A stretch of DNA of 64,000 nucleotides from an uncultured delta proteobacterium (GTDB lineage: Bacteria; Myxococcota_A; Polyangia; Polyangiales; Polyangiaceae). A model generated the notes under the pieces. The model made no database searches, was not told where the DNA came from, and saw only the letters and a list, made by a program, of their open reading frames with translations. The first letter of the stretch is position 1; every line of letters starts with the position of its first letter. A program made the position numbers and the translations under genes. Where the stretch lies: NCBI GenBank assembly GCA_963716725.1, contig CAVQUB010000013.1:352001-416000 (forward strand). Reading direction: 5' to 3'. Positions 28,930-39,144 of the stretch are shown here, piece by piece.

Positions 28930-30075
28930 ATGTCGGCCGGACTCGCTCACCCGCTCCTGATCGTGGGCGACGTGCACCTGCGCCGCACGCCGCGGCCCGC
29001 GGTGGACGAAGCCCTGGCGAAACTGGTGGAGAGTCATCCCGACCACGAGATCGTCCTGAACGGCGACAGCTTCGATCTTTCGACCGATCCGCCGGAGCAC
29101 CCACCGTGCGAGAGCGTTGCGAGAATCCTTGCGACCAACTCGCTCTCGCGGAACGCGCTTTCCGCTCACCTCAGCCGTGGCGGCCAGCTGACCCTGGTCG
29201 CTGGAAACCACGACGCTGCGCTGAGCTCGCCGGAGGTTACCGATGTACTTCGCTCCAAGCTCGGCGCTGGGCTCTCGGTAGCGCCCTGGTTCATTCGCCG
29301 AGGCGCGGTGCACATCGAGCACGGTCACCTCTACGATCCCGACAACGCGCCTTCTCATCCCCTGGCGCGCTGGAGCCTCGCGACGGAGCCCCTGGGCGTG
29401 GCCCTCACTCGACGCTTCGTCGCGGCGAGCGGGGTGTGGGAGTTCGCGCACGGAAACGAGACGACTCCCCTGGCTGGGCTCCTCGGCACGATCCGTCGCC
29501 ACGGCGCTCGGGCTCCGCTCAAGATTTGGCGCTACTACTCGGTTGCCACGGAGCTGACCTTCGAGGCTGGGCGTCAGCCAGGCATCGATGAGGAGCGTGC
29601 CCGCGGCGCGCGGGCGGTAGCAGAATTGGCCCGCGAGGTCGGCGTCGATGCCGACGCTCTGCACGCGCTCGCCCTGGCGTCGTGGGGCGCCACGCACCAT
29701 CGGCGCGGCGCGACCTTCCAGCGATTGTACCTGGATCGCTCCCTCGCCACGGCCACTCTGCTCGCCGCGGCCGGAGTGGCGCTCGCCGGCTCACCGGTGG
29801 GCGCCGGCGCCGCCCTGCTTTCCGCCAGCTATCTGGGGTGGTCCATCTCGCGCGGGACGAATCGATACCGCGGGCTCGTGACTCGCCGCATGGACGACGC
29901 CGCCGCGCAGATCGCCGAACTCACCCATGCCTCGGTGGTCGTGCTCGGGCACACACACCAAGTCGCTGACCGAGACGGCTACCTGAACCCCGGCTCCTTC
30001 GCCTACCCAACCGGCTCCGAGCGCCGCTTCGTGCGCGTCGTGCAGGACGGGAGTCCCGAACTCGGCGCAATCTGA
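28930..30075 (+). CDS. Calcineurin-like metallophosphoesterase with C-terminal TMs
   Basis: GDVHL, NGDSFD, GNHD, EHGH, GHTH. Confidence 0.85.
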   Translation: MSAGLAHPLLIVGDVHLRRTPRPAVDEALAKLVESHPDHEIVLNGDSFDLSTDPPEHPPCESVARILATNSLSRNALSAHLSRGGQLTLVAGNHDAALSSPEVTDVLRSKLGAGLSVAPWFIRRGAVHIEHGHLYDPDNAPSHPLARWSLATEPLGVALTRRFVAASGVWEFAHGNETTPLAGLLGTIRRHGARAPLKIWRYYSVATELTFEAGRQPGIDEERARGARAVAELAREVGVDADALHALALASWGATHHRRGATFQRLYLDRSLATATLLAAAGVALAGSPVGAGAALLSASYLGWSISRGTNRYRGLVTRRMDDAAAQIAELTHASVVVLGHTHQVADRDGYLNPGSFAYPTGSERRFVRVVQDGSPELGAI

Positions 30076-30129
30076 GCGGCGAAGGTCGTGAGCCACGAGA
30101 TCGAGCCCGACGACCAGCCCTGGCCGAGC

Positions 30130-30594
30130 TCAGACTCCGATGCCCTCCGCCCCGAGCTCGATGAACAAGCCTTGGGCTTCGGCGTAGGGCGCGCCGTCCG
30201 CGGCGAGCAAGTGCCCGCGGGTGTGCACCTTGCGGCCTTCGACCCGGTCGATGAACGCTTCGATCAAGACGTCGCTCCCGAGGGGCAGCATGCGGCGAAA
30301 ACTGACCTCTATCTTTGCGGCGAGCACCCGGTGGCCGTTCAGCCACCCGACCTTGCCGATGGCGTCGTCGAGCACCGACGCCATGCTGCCGCCGTGCGCG
30401 TGACCGGGCGGACCTTCACACCACGGCCCGAACCACACGCGCCCGACCAGCGCGTCGTCGTTGTCGCGGCGGAAGTAAGCGACGCGCATGCGCAGGTCGC
30501 CTTCTTGCCCATGAACCCAGGACCGACCGGATTTGGCGGTGATCGGCGAGAGCGGAGACCAGCCGGTTTCGGCGACGACGGGCGGCGGCTGCAT
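30130..30594 (-). CDS. PaaI/hotdog-fold thioesterase
   Basis: EGPPGHAHGG..ASVLDDAIG, GRKV. Confidence 0.85.
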   Translation of the reverse strand: MQPPPVVAETGWSPLSPITAKSGRSWVHGQEGDLRMRVAYFRRDNDDALVGRVWFGPWCEGPPGHAHGGSMASVLDDAIGKVGWLNGHRVLAAKIEVSFRRMLPLGSDVLIEAFIDRVEGRKVHTRGHLLAADGAPYAEAQGLFIELGAEGIGV

Positions 30595-30601
30595 TCGAAA
30601 C

Positions 30602-31144
30602 CTAGCGTGCTCCCGCGCTGTTCCAACCGCCGTCGAGCTCGGCAACACCTTCGTGGACGTGCAGGCGCCGCTTCACGTCGAGGCCTCCGGAGAAGCCGCC
30701 GAGGGATCCGTCGGAGGCCACCACCCGGTGGCAGGGCACCAAGATGGGCAGCGGGTTTTTGGCCATTGCGGCGCCGACCGCCCGCGCAGCGCCCGGCTTG
30801 CCCACCCGCTTGGCGAGGTCGCCGTAGGTCGTGAGCTGACCGAAGCTCACGCGCATGAGCTGCCGGAGCACTCGGCCCTGGAACTCGCCGGTCAAGCGGA
30901 AGTCCGTGGCCACGCCGAAGGTGCGACGGCGACCGCGGAAGTACTCCCCGATCTCGGTCGTGGCGCGCAGGCGCGCGCGCCTTTCGAGCACGACGTCATC
31001 ACCGCCAGCCGCTCGCAAGCGTTCGAGCAGGGCAGCCGCATCGGGCTCTCCGAACTCGATGGCAACGACGCCGCGATCACTCTCGACAACGGTGAGCGGG
31101 CCCACGGGTGAGCGCAAGGTGGCGTAGCGGAATTTGACAGCCAT
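30602..31144 (-). CDS. ogt: Methylated-DNA-protein-cysteine methyltransferase
   Basis: SPVG, TYGDLA, ARAVG, NP...LVPCHRVV. Confidence 0.93.
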   Translation of the reverse strand: MAVKFRYATLRSPVGPLTVVESDRGVVAIEFGEPDAAALLERLRAAGGDDVVLERRARLRATTEIGEYFRGRRRTFGVATDFRLTGEFQGRVLRQLMRVSFGQLTTYGDLAKRVGKPGAARAVGAAMAKNPLPILVPCHRVVASDGSLGGFSGGLDVKRRLHVHEGVAELDGGWNSAGAR

Positions 31145-31195
31145 TGCGCCGAGGATTGTCCGGGCAGAGCGCGCTGCCGTCAATGCGGCGCCCGC

Positions 31196-31882
31196 TCAGG
31201 GTTTGATCACCTGAGTGCCCTTGGGCGGCTTGAAATCGAACTCGCCGGCCGGAACCTTCTCGTTCACGGTGGGCGTCACGAAGTCGAATCGATTGCGGTT
31301 GCCCTGAGCGTCGAGCAGGAGCACGCGGCGAACCTGATAGGTCCCCGAATCGACGTAGAGCAGGATCTTCTGGTACGCGGGCGTCGCCTCTTTGGGCACA
31401 CCCTCGAGCACGTAGCCGCCTTCGAATTGCAAGTCCTTCGCGTTCAGCTTGCGCAGCTTGAAGCTCTTCTTGAGGTTGCCGCCACCCACCAAGAACGCGA
31501 GCGCGGCCGGGTACTGGCTCTTGCCCATGGGCTGCTCGTACATTTGCTTGTTCTCGGCCTCGTAGATCTTGATGATCTTGCCGTCCGACACCACGCGGTT
31601 GCCATTGTTGGTGTAGCGCCAGCTCATCCGACCTGGCTTCTCGAAGATCACCGACCCGGCGCTGTCTTTGCGCTTGTTGTAGGCCTTCACCTGGTAGCGC
31701 TGCTTGAAACCCGCCTTGAAGTTCTTGGTCTTGTCGTAGAACTTCTGGACGCTCTCGGCGACCTCATTGGCGCTCGGTTCGCTCTTCGCGACCGGTTTGG
31801 CCTGGGCGCTGGCGGTGGTGCTCAGCCAGAGCGGCGCCACCAAGGTGATCGAGAGGGAGAGGAGAGCGTGCCGGAGTTTCAT
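31196..31882 (-). CDS. lolA: Outer membrane lipoprotein carrier LolA
   Basis: Signal peptide, AGFKQ, FEKPGRMSWRY, VSDGK, DAQGNRNRFDF, FKPPKGTQV. Confidence 0.9.
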   Translation of the reverse strand: MKLRHALLSLSITLVAPLWLSTTASAQAKPVAKSEPSANEVAESVQKFYDKTKNFKAGFKQRYQVKAYNKRKDSAGSVIFEKPGRMSWRYTNNGNRVVSDGKIIKIYEAENKQMYEQPMGKSQYPAALAFLVGGGNLKKSFKLRKLNAKDLQFEGGYVLEGVPKEATPAYQKILLYVDSGTYQVRRVLLLDAQGNRNRFDFVTPTVNEKVPAGEFDFKPPKGTQVIKP

Positions 31883-32090
31883 GGTCGACGGGTCCTGGCG
31901 GATCTAACAAACAACGCGGGGCGGTATTCGCAGCTTGCGGCTGCTGGTGCAGGATCAGACGAGGGAGGCGCCTCGAAGATTCGCCGGAGCCGGCCTTTTA
32001 GCACACACGCCCGCAGCGGCATGTGCACGTGCCATTTGTCGGGCAAGCCGGCGTAGGGCCCGAAACGCCCCCGAAAGGGGGCACGTCCGA

Positions 32091-32666
32091 TCAGGGGGCT
32101 CGCCGGCCTCGCTCGGCGACCAAGGCGCGCAGAGCTGCCTGATGCTTGCGGCGATTCGAGCCGGCCCCTGGCCCACGGCCGAGCCCGAGCTTCTCGGCAA
32201 CGGGACCGATCCGGAGGTGGGTGACGGCGAGCGCGAGCGCGTCGGCGGCGTCGCTCGGCGGCAGGTCCGGAAGCGCGAGCACGGCGCGCACCATCATCGC
32301 GACCTGCCGCTTGTCGGCCTGTCCGCGCCCCGCCACCGTGAGCTTCACCCGGGCGGGTGGGTACTCGGCCACCGCCACCGCCGCGCGCGCGAGCGCCAAG
32401 AGCACCACACCCCGGGCGTGGCCGAGCTTCGAGGCAGCCTGGGCGTCCTTGTGGAAGAACAGGCTCTCGACGGAGCCAACGTCCGGACTGAAGCGCGCAA
32501 TGACCTCCGTGAGTTCGATGTCGATGCGGTGCAATCGGTTCGCGAGAGCGGCCTTGGCGTCCAGTCGGATCACGCCGTGGGCCAGATGGGCGAGGCGCTG
32601 TCCCCGCCTTTCGACCACCCCCCAGCCCAGGTTCAAGGTGCCCGGATCGATGCCGAGTGCGATCAC
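32091..32666 (-). CDS. ruvC: Holliday junction resolvase RuvC
   Basis: LGIDPG, ESLFF, KLGHARG, EYPP..VK, ADKRQV, DAADALA. Confidence 0.95.
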   Translation of the reverse strand: MIALGIDPGTLNLGWGVVERRGQRLAHLAHGVIRLDAKAALANRLHRIDIELTEVIARFSPDVGSVESLFFHKDAQAASKLGHARGVVLLALARAAVAVAEYPPARVKLTVAGRGQADKRQVAMMVRAVLALPDLPPSDAADALALAVTHLRIGPVAEKLGLGRGPGAGSNRRKHQAALRALVAERGRRAP

Positions 32667-32766
32667 CCCACGGTCGTAGCAGGCATCGAGACGGATGGAA
32701 AGCAGAGGCCCGAGCGCGGAGTCCCCGTGCGCCAAAGGAGGCGCGCGCCTGCCTACCAAGCGAGGC

Positions 32767-33936
32767 TCAAGCTCCGCCGCTGGTTGAGATTGGTTCGGGC
32801 TCGGTAGTGGCGGGCGAGGCCCACTTGCCCATCGCCTCCGCGTCCAGGCGGTCAGGACCGGGCTCGTCGGCGGCCCGCCGGCGGATCAGCTCGTCCACGC
32901 AGGCGAAGAGCATCGAGTTGTCGCAGCGCGCGAAGCGCTCGAGGTTGTTCGAGAGCTCGTCGGTGCGAGCCAAGAATCCCGCTATAACGTCCTGATCGAG
33001 CCGCTCTGCCCACTGGCCGTAGCCCAGGTGCTCGAGGTAGCGCGCGTTGAGCTCTTGCTCGTACTGCTGCTCGATGGGAACCGACAGCATCGGGACATGA
33101 AGGCTGACGGCCTCGCTCATGAGCGAGAACCCGCCTCCGGCGATCACCGCGCGAGCTGTGCGTAGGTCATCGACGAAGCCAGACTCCGAGAACGCGCGCA
33201 GCGTGACGTTACCGTCGGTGCCCTCGCGCCCCATGCCGTAGACCCGAAAACGGTAGGGCAGCTTCTTGAGGGTGGGGATCAGCTCGTCGTTGTTCGCGGC
33301 CGTTTGGTAGACCAGCACGTGGTCCCCAGGTTCGCGTCGGGCGGCGAGGATCTCGGGGCGCAGGATCGGCGGCACCAGCGTGGTCCGCCGCTTCCTGACC
33401 GGCGGGTAGAAGAAGCTCGTCACCAGGTAGTGGTACGCGCCGGGCATCTTGACCTTCACGGCGAGCTTCGCGATGCGAAAGTTCATGCCGCGGGATTTGG
33501 TCACGGACTTCTCTTGCCGACAGCGGTTGATCACCTGCATGTTGTCGATGCTGACCACGGGCAAGAAGTGGTTCAGCGCATAGAACGCAGCCCACGACTC
33601 GAAGTCGCTCACGACGAGCTCCGGAGTGAAGCCGTCTTCGGCGACCTTCCGGTACACCTCGATGTTCTTCTTGATGCCCTTCGGCGCCTTCTTCAAGTTG
33701 TGGAAGAGTGACTCGCTCTTGTCGAGCCGATTGCCAAAGTAGCGCAGGGACAGCCCGTGGATCTCTTCCACGCTGAGCTTCGGCCGCCCCGCCAAGCGTT
33801 CGGTCAAGAACTTGTGCGCGCGTCCCGAGACCACCACCTTGATCTCGTGGCCTTGGCCGAGCAGGTGCTCCAAGACCACGCGGCTGCGCGTAGCGTGTCC
33901 CATGCCCTCGCCGACCACTCCGTAAAGGATCTTCAT
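32767..33936 (-). CDS. GT-B glycosyltransferase, MJ1255/VC2487 family
   Basis: MKILYGVVGEGMGHATRS, SDFE, SIDN, GGFSLMSEA, QYEQELNA. Confidence 0.88.
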   Translation of the reverse strand: MKILYGVVGEGMGHATRSRVVLEHLLGQGHEIKVVVSGRAHKFLTERLAGRPKLSVEEIHGLSLRYFGNRLDKSESLFHNLKKAPKGIKKNIEVYRKVAEDGFTPELVVSDFESWAAFYALNHFLPVVSIDNMQVINRCRQEKSVTKSRGMNFRIAKLAVKVKMPGAYHYLVTSFFYPPVRKRRTTLVPPILRPEILAARREPGDHVLVYQTAANNDELIPTLKKLPYRFRVYGMGREGTDGNVTLRAFSESGFVDDLRTARAVIAGGGFSLMSEAVSLHVPMLSVPIEQQYEQELNARYLEHLGYGQWAERLDQDVIAGFLARTDELSNNLERFARCDNSMLFACVDELIRRRAADEPGPDRLDAEAMGKWASPATTEPEPISTSGGA

Positions 33937-34029
33937 GAACGCCGAGCCTCGTGCGCCTGAGTCGGGGGGTCGAGCGGGGCAAATGTTCACCAGTGGCCGC
34001 GGGGCGGCCGCCGGGATAGAGGCCAGCGC

Positions 34030-34347
34030 GTGATTCCCACCCTCAGCGGCAAACAGCGAAGCTTCCTCCGGGCCCTGGCCCACGATCTGCGGCCCGTGGT
34101 TCAGATCGGCGTCGCCGGAGTCACCCCCGGCGTCCTGGCCGAAATCGCCCGCGCCCTGGAGACTCACGAGCTGATCAAGGTGCGGGTGAGCAAAGAATCC
34201 CCGCTCAGCCCGGACGAGGCCAGAGCGCCCGTCGAGAGCGAGACGAGCTCCCAAGTAGCGCAGGTCATCGGCCGCATGCTGGTCATCTATCGCCGTCGCA
34301 AGAAGGATCCGAAGATCGTGCTGCCGAAAGAAAGCGCCAAGAAGTAG
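34030..34347 (+). CDS. yhbY: Ribosome assembly RNA-binding protein YhbY
   Basis: LRALAHDLRPVVQIG, HELIKV, QVIGR. Confidence 0.93.
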   Translation: MIPTLSGKQRSFLRALAHDLRPVVQIGVAGVTPGVLAEIARALETHELIKVRVSKESPLSPDEARAPVESETSSQVAQVIGRMLVIYRRRKKDPKIVLPKESAKK

Positions 34348-34358
34348 ACTGCCTCACC

Positions 34359-34856
34359 ATGCACGGCGGCCGCCCGACTACCTTCAACAACATCCTCGTG
34401 GCCACGGACTACTCGGACACGGGGCAGGACGCGCTCAGCGAAGCCCTCCTGCTCGCCTCGGAGCGCGACACGACGACCATGCACGTGGTCCACGTGGCCA
34501 GCTCGGCCGGCGAAAACGTCGAGATCACGACGGCGGACGGCTCGTTGGTGACCAGCGTTGGGAACGCCGTGACGCAGCTGGAGGCCCACGTCGAGCGGGC
34601 TCGAGTTGCCGCGATCGTGCAGGGCGAGCCCATTGAGAGCGAGCGTGTGAGCGTTCACGTGCGCGTGGGCATCTCCGAAGACGAGATCCTCCGGCTGGCG
34701 GCGGACCTCGCCGCGGATCTGATCGTGCTCGGCACCCATGGCCGCCGGGGGCTTCGAGCCCTGGTGCTCGGCTCGGTGGCGGAAAGCGTCGTCCGGAGAG
34801 CCGAGTGCGCGGTGCTCGTCGTGCGCTCCAAGCAGTACGCTCCCCACGAGGCTTGA
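34359..34856 (+). CDS. Universal stress protein
   Basis: ILVATDYS, DLIVLGTHGR, LGSVAESVVR. Confidence 0.9.
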   Translation: MHGGRPTTFNNILVATDYSDTGQDALSEALLLASERDTTTMHVVHVASSAGENVEITTADGSLVTSVGNAVTQLEAHVERARVAAIVQGEPIESERVSVHVRVGISEDEILRLAADLAADLIVLGTHGRRGLRALVLGSVAESVVRRAECAVLVVRSKQYAPHEA

Positions 34857-34858
34857 GC

Positions 34859-35428
34859 ATGGCCGACAAGACGCATCGCGTGCAGAGCCCAGACCACCTG
34901 GTCTGGCTCGACCTGGAGATGACCGGGCTCGACCCCCGAGCAGACGTGATCCTGCAGGCGGCCGTGATCATCACGGACGCCGATCTGAACCCGCTCGAAG
35001 AGCTGAGCATGGACGTGTGGCAGCCGCCTGAAGCGCTGGCAAAGATGGTGCCCTTCGTCCGCGACATGCACGAAAAGACCGGGCTGCTCTCGCGTCTCTC
35101 CGCGTCCAAGACCGATCTTCGCGCGGCCGAGAAGAAGCTGATGGAACGGGTGACGGGCTGGTGCCCCTACGGCGCCGTCTTGTGCGGCAATAGCGTGCAC
35201 AACGACAAGGCGTTCATCGATCGCTGGATGCCCGGACTCGCCGGCTACCTCTCGTACCGACTGGTCGACGTCTCGAGCTTCAAGGTCTTGGCTCGACTCT
35301 GGTACGGCGACGGCGCGGTGTTCGACAAACCGAGCGAAGGCGAGCACGACGCGCTGGTGGACATTCGAAACAGCATCGCCGAGCTCGTGCACTACCGCGC
35401 ACTGATGATGCGCCCCAAAGCGGGCTGA
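34859..35428 (+). CDS. orn: Oligoribonuclease
   Basis: WLDLEMTGLD, CGNSV..D, YRLVDVSS, HDALVDIRNSI. Confidence 0.95.
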   Translation: MADKTHRVQSPDHLVWLDLEMTGLDPRADVILQAAVIITDADLNPLEELSMDVWQPPEALAKMVPFVRDMHEKTGLLSRLSASKTDLRAAEKKLMERVTGWCPYGAVLCGNSVHNDKAFIDRWMPGLAGYLSYRLVDVSSFKVLARLWYGDGAVFDKPSEGEHDALVDIRNSIAELVHYRALMMRPKAG

Positions 35429-35432
35429 CCCC

Positions 35433-36857
35433 TCAGCACGCGCGGTGGCCCGGCCCCGGGAAGATCTTGCCCGGGTTGAGCAGGCCGCGGGGATCGAAGA
35501 CGCGTTTGATGTCGCGCTGCAGCTCGATCAGCTCGCCCGACTGCTCCAAATGCAGGTAGGGCGCCTTCAGGACGCCGATCCCGTGCTCCCCGCTGAGCGT
35601 GCCCCGCAGCGCCACCACGTCGCAGAACAACTGCTCGATGGCGCGCTCGACGGCGGGCGCCTCGTCCTGATGATCCCAGAGAAAGTTCACGTGAAGGTTG
35701 CCATCGCCCGCGTGCCCGTAGGTGAGATGTCGCACGCCGAGCCCCTCGCAGCTCTTTGCCACTCGGTCGAGCAGCTCCGGGATTTGTTGGCGGGGCACGA
35801 CGACGTCCTCGCTCAGCTTGAAGCGCGTCAGCTTGCGCACCGCTCGACTCATCTCGCGACGCGCCGCCCAGAGCTTCTCCCGCTGGCCCGCGTCCTGGGC
35901 AACCAGGACTTCGATGGCTCCCTCGCAGGCATTGCCCACCCGTTCGGCCTGCTCCTCGGTCTCGCGGGGCTCACCGTCCACCTCGATCAGGAGCAGCGCG
36001 CCCGCTTGCTCGCGAAACTCGTTCCCGGCGGCGCGCATGGCATCCAGCGTGTGTCCGTCCAAGAGCTCGATGCAGCGCGGCACGAGCCCGGCGCCCGTCA
36101 TGGCCGTGACGGCGACGCTGGCGGCGCGCACGTCGGAGAAGAGCGCGAGCAAGGTCATCACGCTCGGCGGCTTCGGTACCAGGCGCAGGGTGATATCGCC
36201 AAACACCGCCAGGGTTCCCTCGCTGCCGACCAGCAACGCCGTCACGTCGTAGCCGGTCACTCCTTTCACGGTGCGCCTTCCCGGTGTGATGCGCTGCCCG
36301 CCGATCAAGAAGGCCTCGACACCGAGCACGTACTCGCGGGTGACGCCGTATTTGAAAGCTCGCGGGCCGCCGGCGTTCTCCGCGACGTTGCCGCCGAGCG
36401 CGCAGCTCTCGACGCTGTTGGGATCCGGTGGGTAGAAGAGCCCGTCGCGTTCGACGGCTGCGTGCAACTCACCGAGCACCAGGCCGGGTTCGACGACCGC
36501 GATCATTTCTCGCCGATCGATCTCCTTGATCTGGTTCATGCCCAGCGTGCACAAGACGATGCCCCCGGAGCGCGGAACCGCACCTCCGGTGCGACCGGTG
36601 CCGGCGGCGCGCGGCGTGATGGGGACCTCCGCTTCCCGCGCCACGGCCAGGGCCTTCGAGATGTCGCTCTGGGACTCCGCCCGTACGACGGCGAAGGGCA
36701 CCGCCCCCTCGGCCTCGGACTCGTCACGTCCGAAGCCGGCGCAGGCGTCGGGGTCGGTCAGGACCTTCGAGGGGCCCAGCGTGCGCTCGAGGAGCCGCAG
36801 CGCTTTTTCCCGCGCAGCGGCGGAGGGAACTGGCAGCACGGCAGTGGTGGTGCTCAT
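35433..36857 (-). CDS. FAD-linked oxidase, GlcD/D-lactate dehydrogenase family
   Basis: YPPDP, GGNVAENAGG, KYGVT, GSEGTL, HAGDGNLH, SGEHGIG, LNPGK. Confidence 0.9.
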   Translation of the reverse strand: MSTTTAVLPVPSAAAREKALRLLERTLGPSKVLTDPDACAGFGRDESEAEGAVPFAVVRAESQSDISKALAVAREAEVPITPRAAGTGRTGGAVPRSGGIVLCTLGMNQIKEIDRREMIAVVEPGLVLGELHAAVERDGLFYPPDPNSVESCALGGNVAENAGGPRAFKYGVTREYVLGVEAFLIGGQRITPGRRTVKGVTGYDVTALLVGSEGTLAVFGDITLRLVPKPPSVMTLLALFSDVRAASVAVTAMTGAGLVPRCIELLDGHTLDAMRAAGNEFREQAGALLLIEVDGEPRETEEQAERVGNACEGAIEVLVAQDAGQREKLWAARREMSRAVRKLTRFKLSEDVVVPRQQIPELLDRVAKSCEGLGVRHLTYGHAGDGNLHVNFLWDHQDEAPAVERAIEQLFCDVVALRGTLSGEHGIGVLKAPYLHLEQSGELIELQRDIKRVFDPRGLLNPGKIFPGPGHRAC

Positions 36858-36981
36858 GAAATACAGGATAGCTCGGCTCGGGCCTCTCGATTTCTCGGAC
36901 TTTCTGGCGCTACGCGCGATCACCTTGACGACGGCGGCGCCACGGGTACCTTCTCGGCCTTCCGCAGGCTGACAAGCCACC

Positions 36982-37069
36982 GGAGAGGTGACCGAGTGGC
37001 CGAAGGTACCCGCTTGCTAAGCGGGCGTAGGTCAAAAGCCTACCGAGGGTTCGAATCCCTCCCTCTCCG
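36982..37069 (+). tRNA. tRNA-Ser (GCT), long variable arm, CCA not encoded
   Basis: Acceptor stem GGAGAGG/CCTCTCC+G; anticodon arm CCCGC-TTGCTAA-GCGGG; variable arm; T arm GAGGG-TTCGAAT-CCCTC. Confidence 0.97.
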
Positions 37070-37092
37070 CAAACCAACTCGCGTCGGACGCC

Positions 37093-38382
37093 TCAGGTCC
37101 GTTTGCTGAACGGCGACGCGATCATCTCGTCACCGTAGCGTTCGACCAAGGTGTCCGGCGCCGCGTCACGCCCCGCGCTGAGCCACTCGGTGGTCTCGTC
37201 GAGACGCAGGCTCTGTCGAACGCCGAGGTTCCAAAGGAACTTCACGGCCAGGACGGAGTTCTGTTGGAACAGCGGGTACACCGCCTCGCGGGTCAGCGAC
37301 AGCAAGCGGCATGGCTCGATGGTCCTCACCGTAGCCGAACGTGGTCGGTTGGTGAGCAGCGCCATCTCACCGAAGTGACTGCCCGCCACGAGCTCCGCCA
37401 GGCGCTTGCCGCCGCGCTCCACCGAGGCCCGCCCGCTGGCGATGATGTAGAAGCTGGCGCTCGCCTCGCCCTCGCATACCACCGCGGTGTCCGCCGGGAC
37501 CTCTTCCGAACGCAACGCCCCGGCGACCTCGAGCAGCTCCGAGTAGCTGAGCTCCCTCAAGACCTCGATGCCCGCAAGCGCGCGCAGCGCTTGGGTCACG
37601 CGGCTCAGGCGGATGGAATCCTCGGCAGCGGCCGCGGCTTCGGCAGCCACTTCGACGGCGATCACGCTGATGTTGTCTTCTCCGCCGCGCTCGTTCGCCG
37701 CGTCGACCAAGCGGTCGGGGGCGGCGGCAAAGTCCGCGAGAAACGGCACGAGCTCGGCGGATTCGACGAAGTAGCCGTGCAGGCCGTCGCTGCAGAGCAG
37801 GAGTCTGTCGGCCGGCAGCAGGTCGAAGGAGAGCGTATCGACGTCCACGTGGCGATTGGGCCCTACCGCGCGCGACAGCATATTGGTGGGGATGTTCTGG
37901 ATCGCTTCCGCGCGACTCATGCCACGACGCACGGCCTCTGCAATGAAGGTGTGGTCGTTGCTGATCTGATGGATCTGACCGGCTCGCAACAGGTAGAGCC
38001 GACTGTCGCCGACGTGCGCGAGCGCCGCCGTGCCTGCGGCGATCAGCAGGGCTGTGCAGGTGGTGCCTGCTCCCCGCTTCGACGAGTCCTGCTCACCGAT
38101 GGCGTGCACACGAGCGTTGGCCCGGTCGACGCCGTCGCGCAGCAGCTCGGCGAGCCCCGTCGCCCGCCTCTCCGGCTCGAGCTCGTCGATGGCAGACAAG
38201 CCTTCTGCCACGCGCTCGGCGATGGTCGCCACCGCAGCCTGCGACGCGACCTCACCGGCGGCATGGCCGCCCATGCCATCGCAGACGATGAACAGACCGA
38301 GGTCTTCGTCCACAAGGACCGAGTCTTCATTGCCTTGTCGGAGTCGGCCGACGTCCGTCTTCGAAGTTGCAGTGATCCGCAC
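37093..38382 (-). CDS. PP2C Ser/Thr phosphatase with C-terminal cNMP-binding domain
   Basis: GRLRQGNED, CDGMGGH, HVGDSR, CSDGL, GGEDN; cNMP motifs FGEMALL, PRSATV. Confidence 0.9.
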   Translation of the reverse strand: MRITATSKTDVGRLRQGNEDSVLVDEDLGLFIVCDGMGGHAAGEVASQAAVATIAERVAEGLSAIDELEPERRATGLAELLRDGVDRANARVHAIGEQDSSKRGAGTTCTALLIAAGTAALAHVGDSRLYLLRAGQIHQISNDHTFIAEAVRRGMSRAEAIQNIPTNMLSRAVGPNRHVDVDTLSFDLLPADRLLLCSDGLHGYFVESAELVPFLADFAAAPDRLVDAANERGGEDNISVIAVEVAAEAAAAAEDSIRLSRVTQALRALAGIEVLRELSYSELLEVAGALRSEEVPADTAVVCEGEASASFYIIASGRASVERGGKRLAELVAGSHFGEMALLTNRPRSATVRTIEPCRLLSLTREAVYPLFQQNSVLAVKFLWNLGVRQSLRLDETTEWLSAGRDAAPDTLVERYGDEMIASPFSKRT

Positions 38383-38465
38383 GCCGCCCACGATATCGGG
38401 GCCCAAGCCGGCCGCAATGATGGAAGTGAGCTTGGCGGAACTGACGCGGCGGGCTAGCATCTTGC

Positions 38466-39125
38466 GTGCGGTTCGAGGCGCGGGTGAGGCACGTGCGGCG
38501 GGGGACCAGGGCGCTGGCGGCGCTGGTGCTGGGCTTCGTTTCGGCGGGTTGCGGCAGCGACGAGGGCGGCGAACCGGGCGCTCAGGGTGGCGGCGGCGGC
38601 CTCGGCTCTTCCTGCCAGCTGCCCTTCCTCGGCGACGCCTCGAAGCCCATCGAGATCAAGGTCACGGCGCGGGGTGCCGATCTGGTCTCGAAAGAAATCT
38701 CCGAGGGCGCCCAGGTCCCGTTGATCCTCCCGCCGCAGGGGGGCCGAGTGATGTTCATCGGCGTCTTGGCCACGAACCTCTCGCCTTGCAGCGTCGAGAT
38801 CAACGGAACGCTCCGCGACCTCGGCTCGAACGAGACCCGGGTCGACGGGCGCAAGACCAACCTGGCGACCACGGGGGACGGCTGGGGGTCGAGCGTCGAC
38901 ACGGACATCTCGACGTTTTCGATGATCCCGACCTGTCCGAACCAATGGGCGTCGACCGATGTGTTCGGTCACACCTTCGAGCTCGAGCTCAGCATCACCG
39001 CGAAGAACGGCCAGATGGCTTCGAAGAAGCTGAACGTCACCCCGGTTTGCGGCGAACCGGCAAACGAGGCCGAGTGCAAGTGCCAGTGCACCATGGGATA
39101 CACGCTCGGGACCACGTGCAGTTGA
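38466..39125 (+). CDS. Hypothetical lipoprotein
   Basis: Lipobox SAGC, Gly linker, PPQGG motif, Cys-rich end. Confidence 0.65.
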   Translation: MRFEARVRHVRRGTRALAALVLGFVSAGCGSDEGGEPGAQGGGGGLGSSCQLPFLGDASKPIEIKVTARGADLVSKEISEGAQVPLILPPQGGRVMFIGVLATNLSPCSVEINGTLRDLGSNETRVDGRKTNLATTGDGWGSSVDTDISTFSMIPTCPNQWASTDVFGHTFELELSITAKNGQMASKKLNVTPVCGEPANEAECKCQCTMGYTLGTTCS

Positions 39126-39144
39126 GGCAACGAGGCAGGTAACG

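Noticed and set aside
36982..37100. tRNA-Ser as an integration site for a genomic island
   Set aside because: No integrase in the window and no duplicated tRNA 3' end noticed
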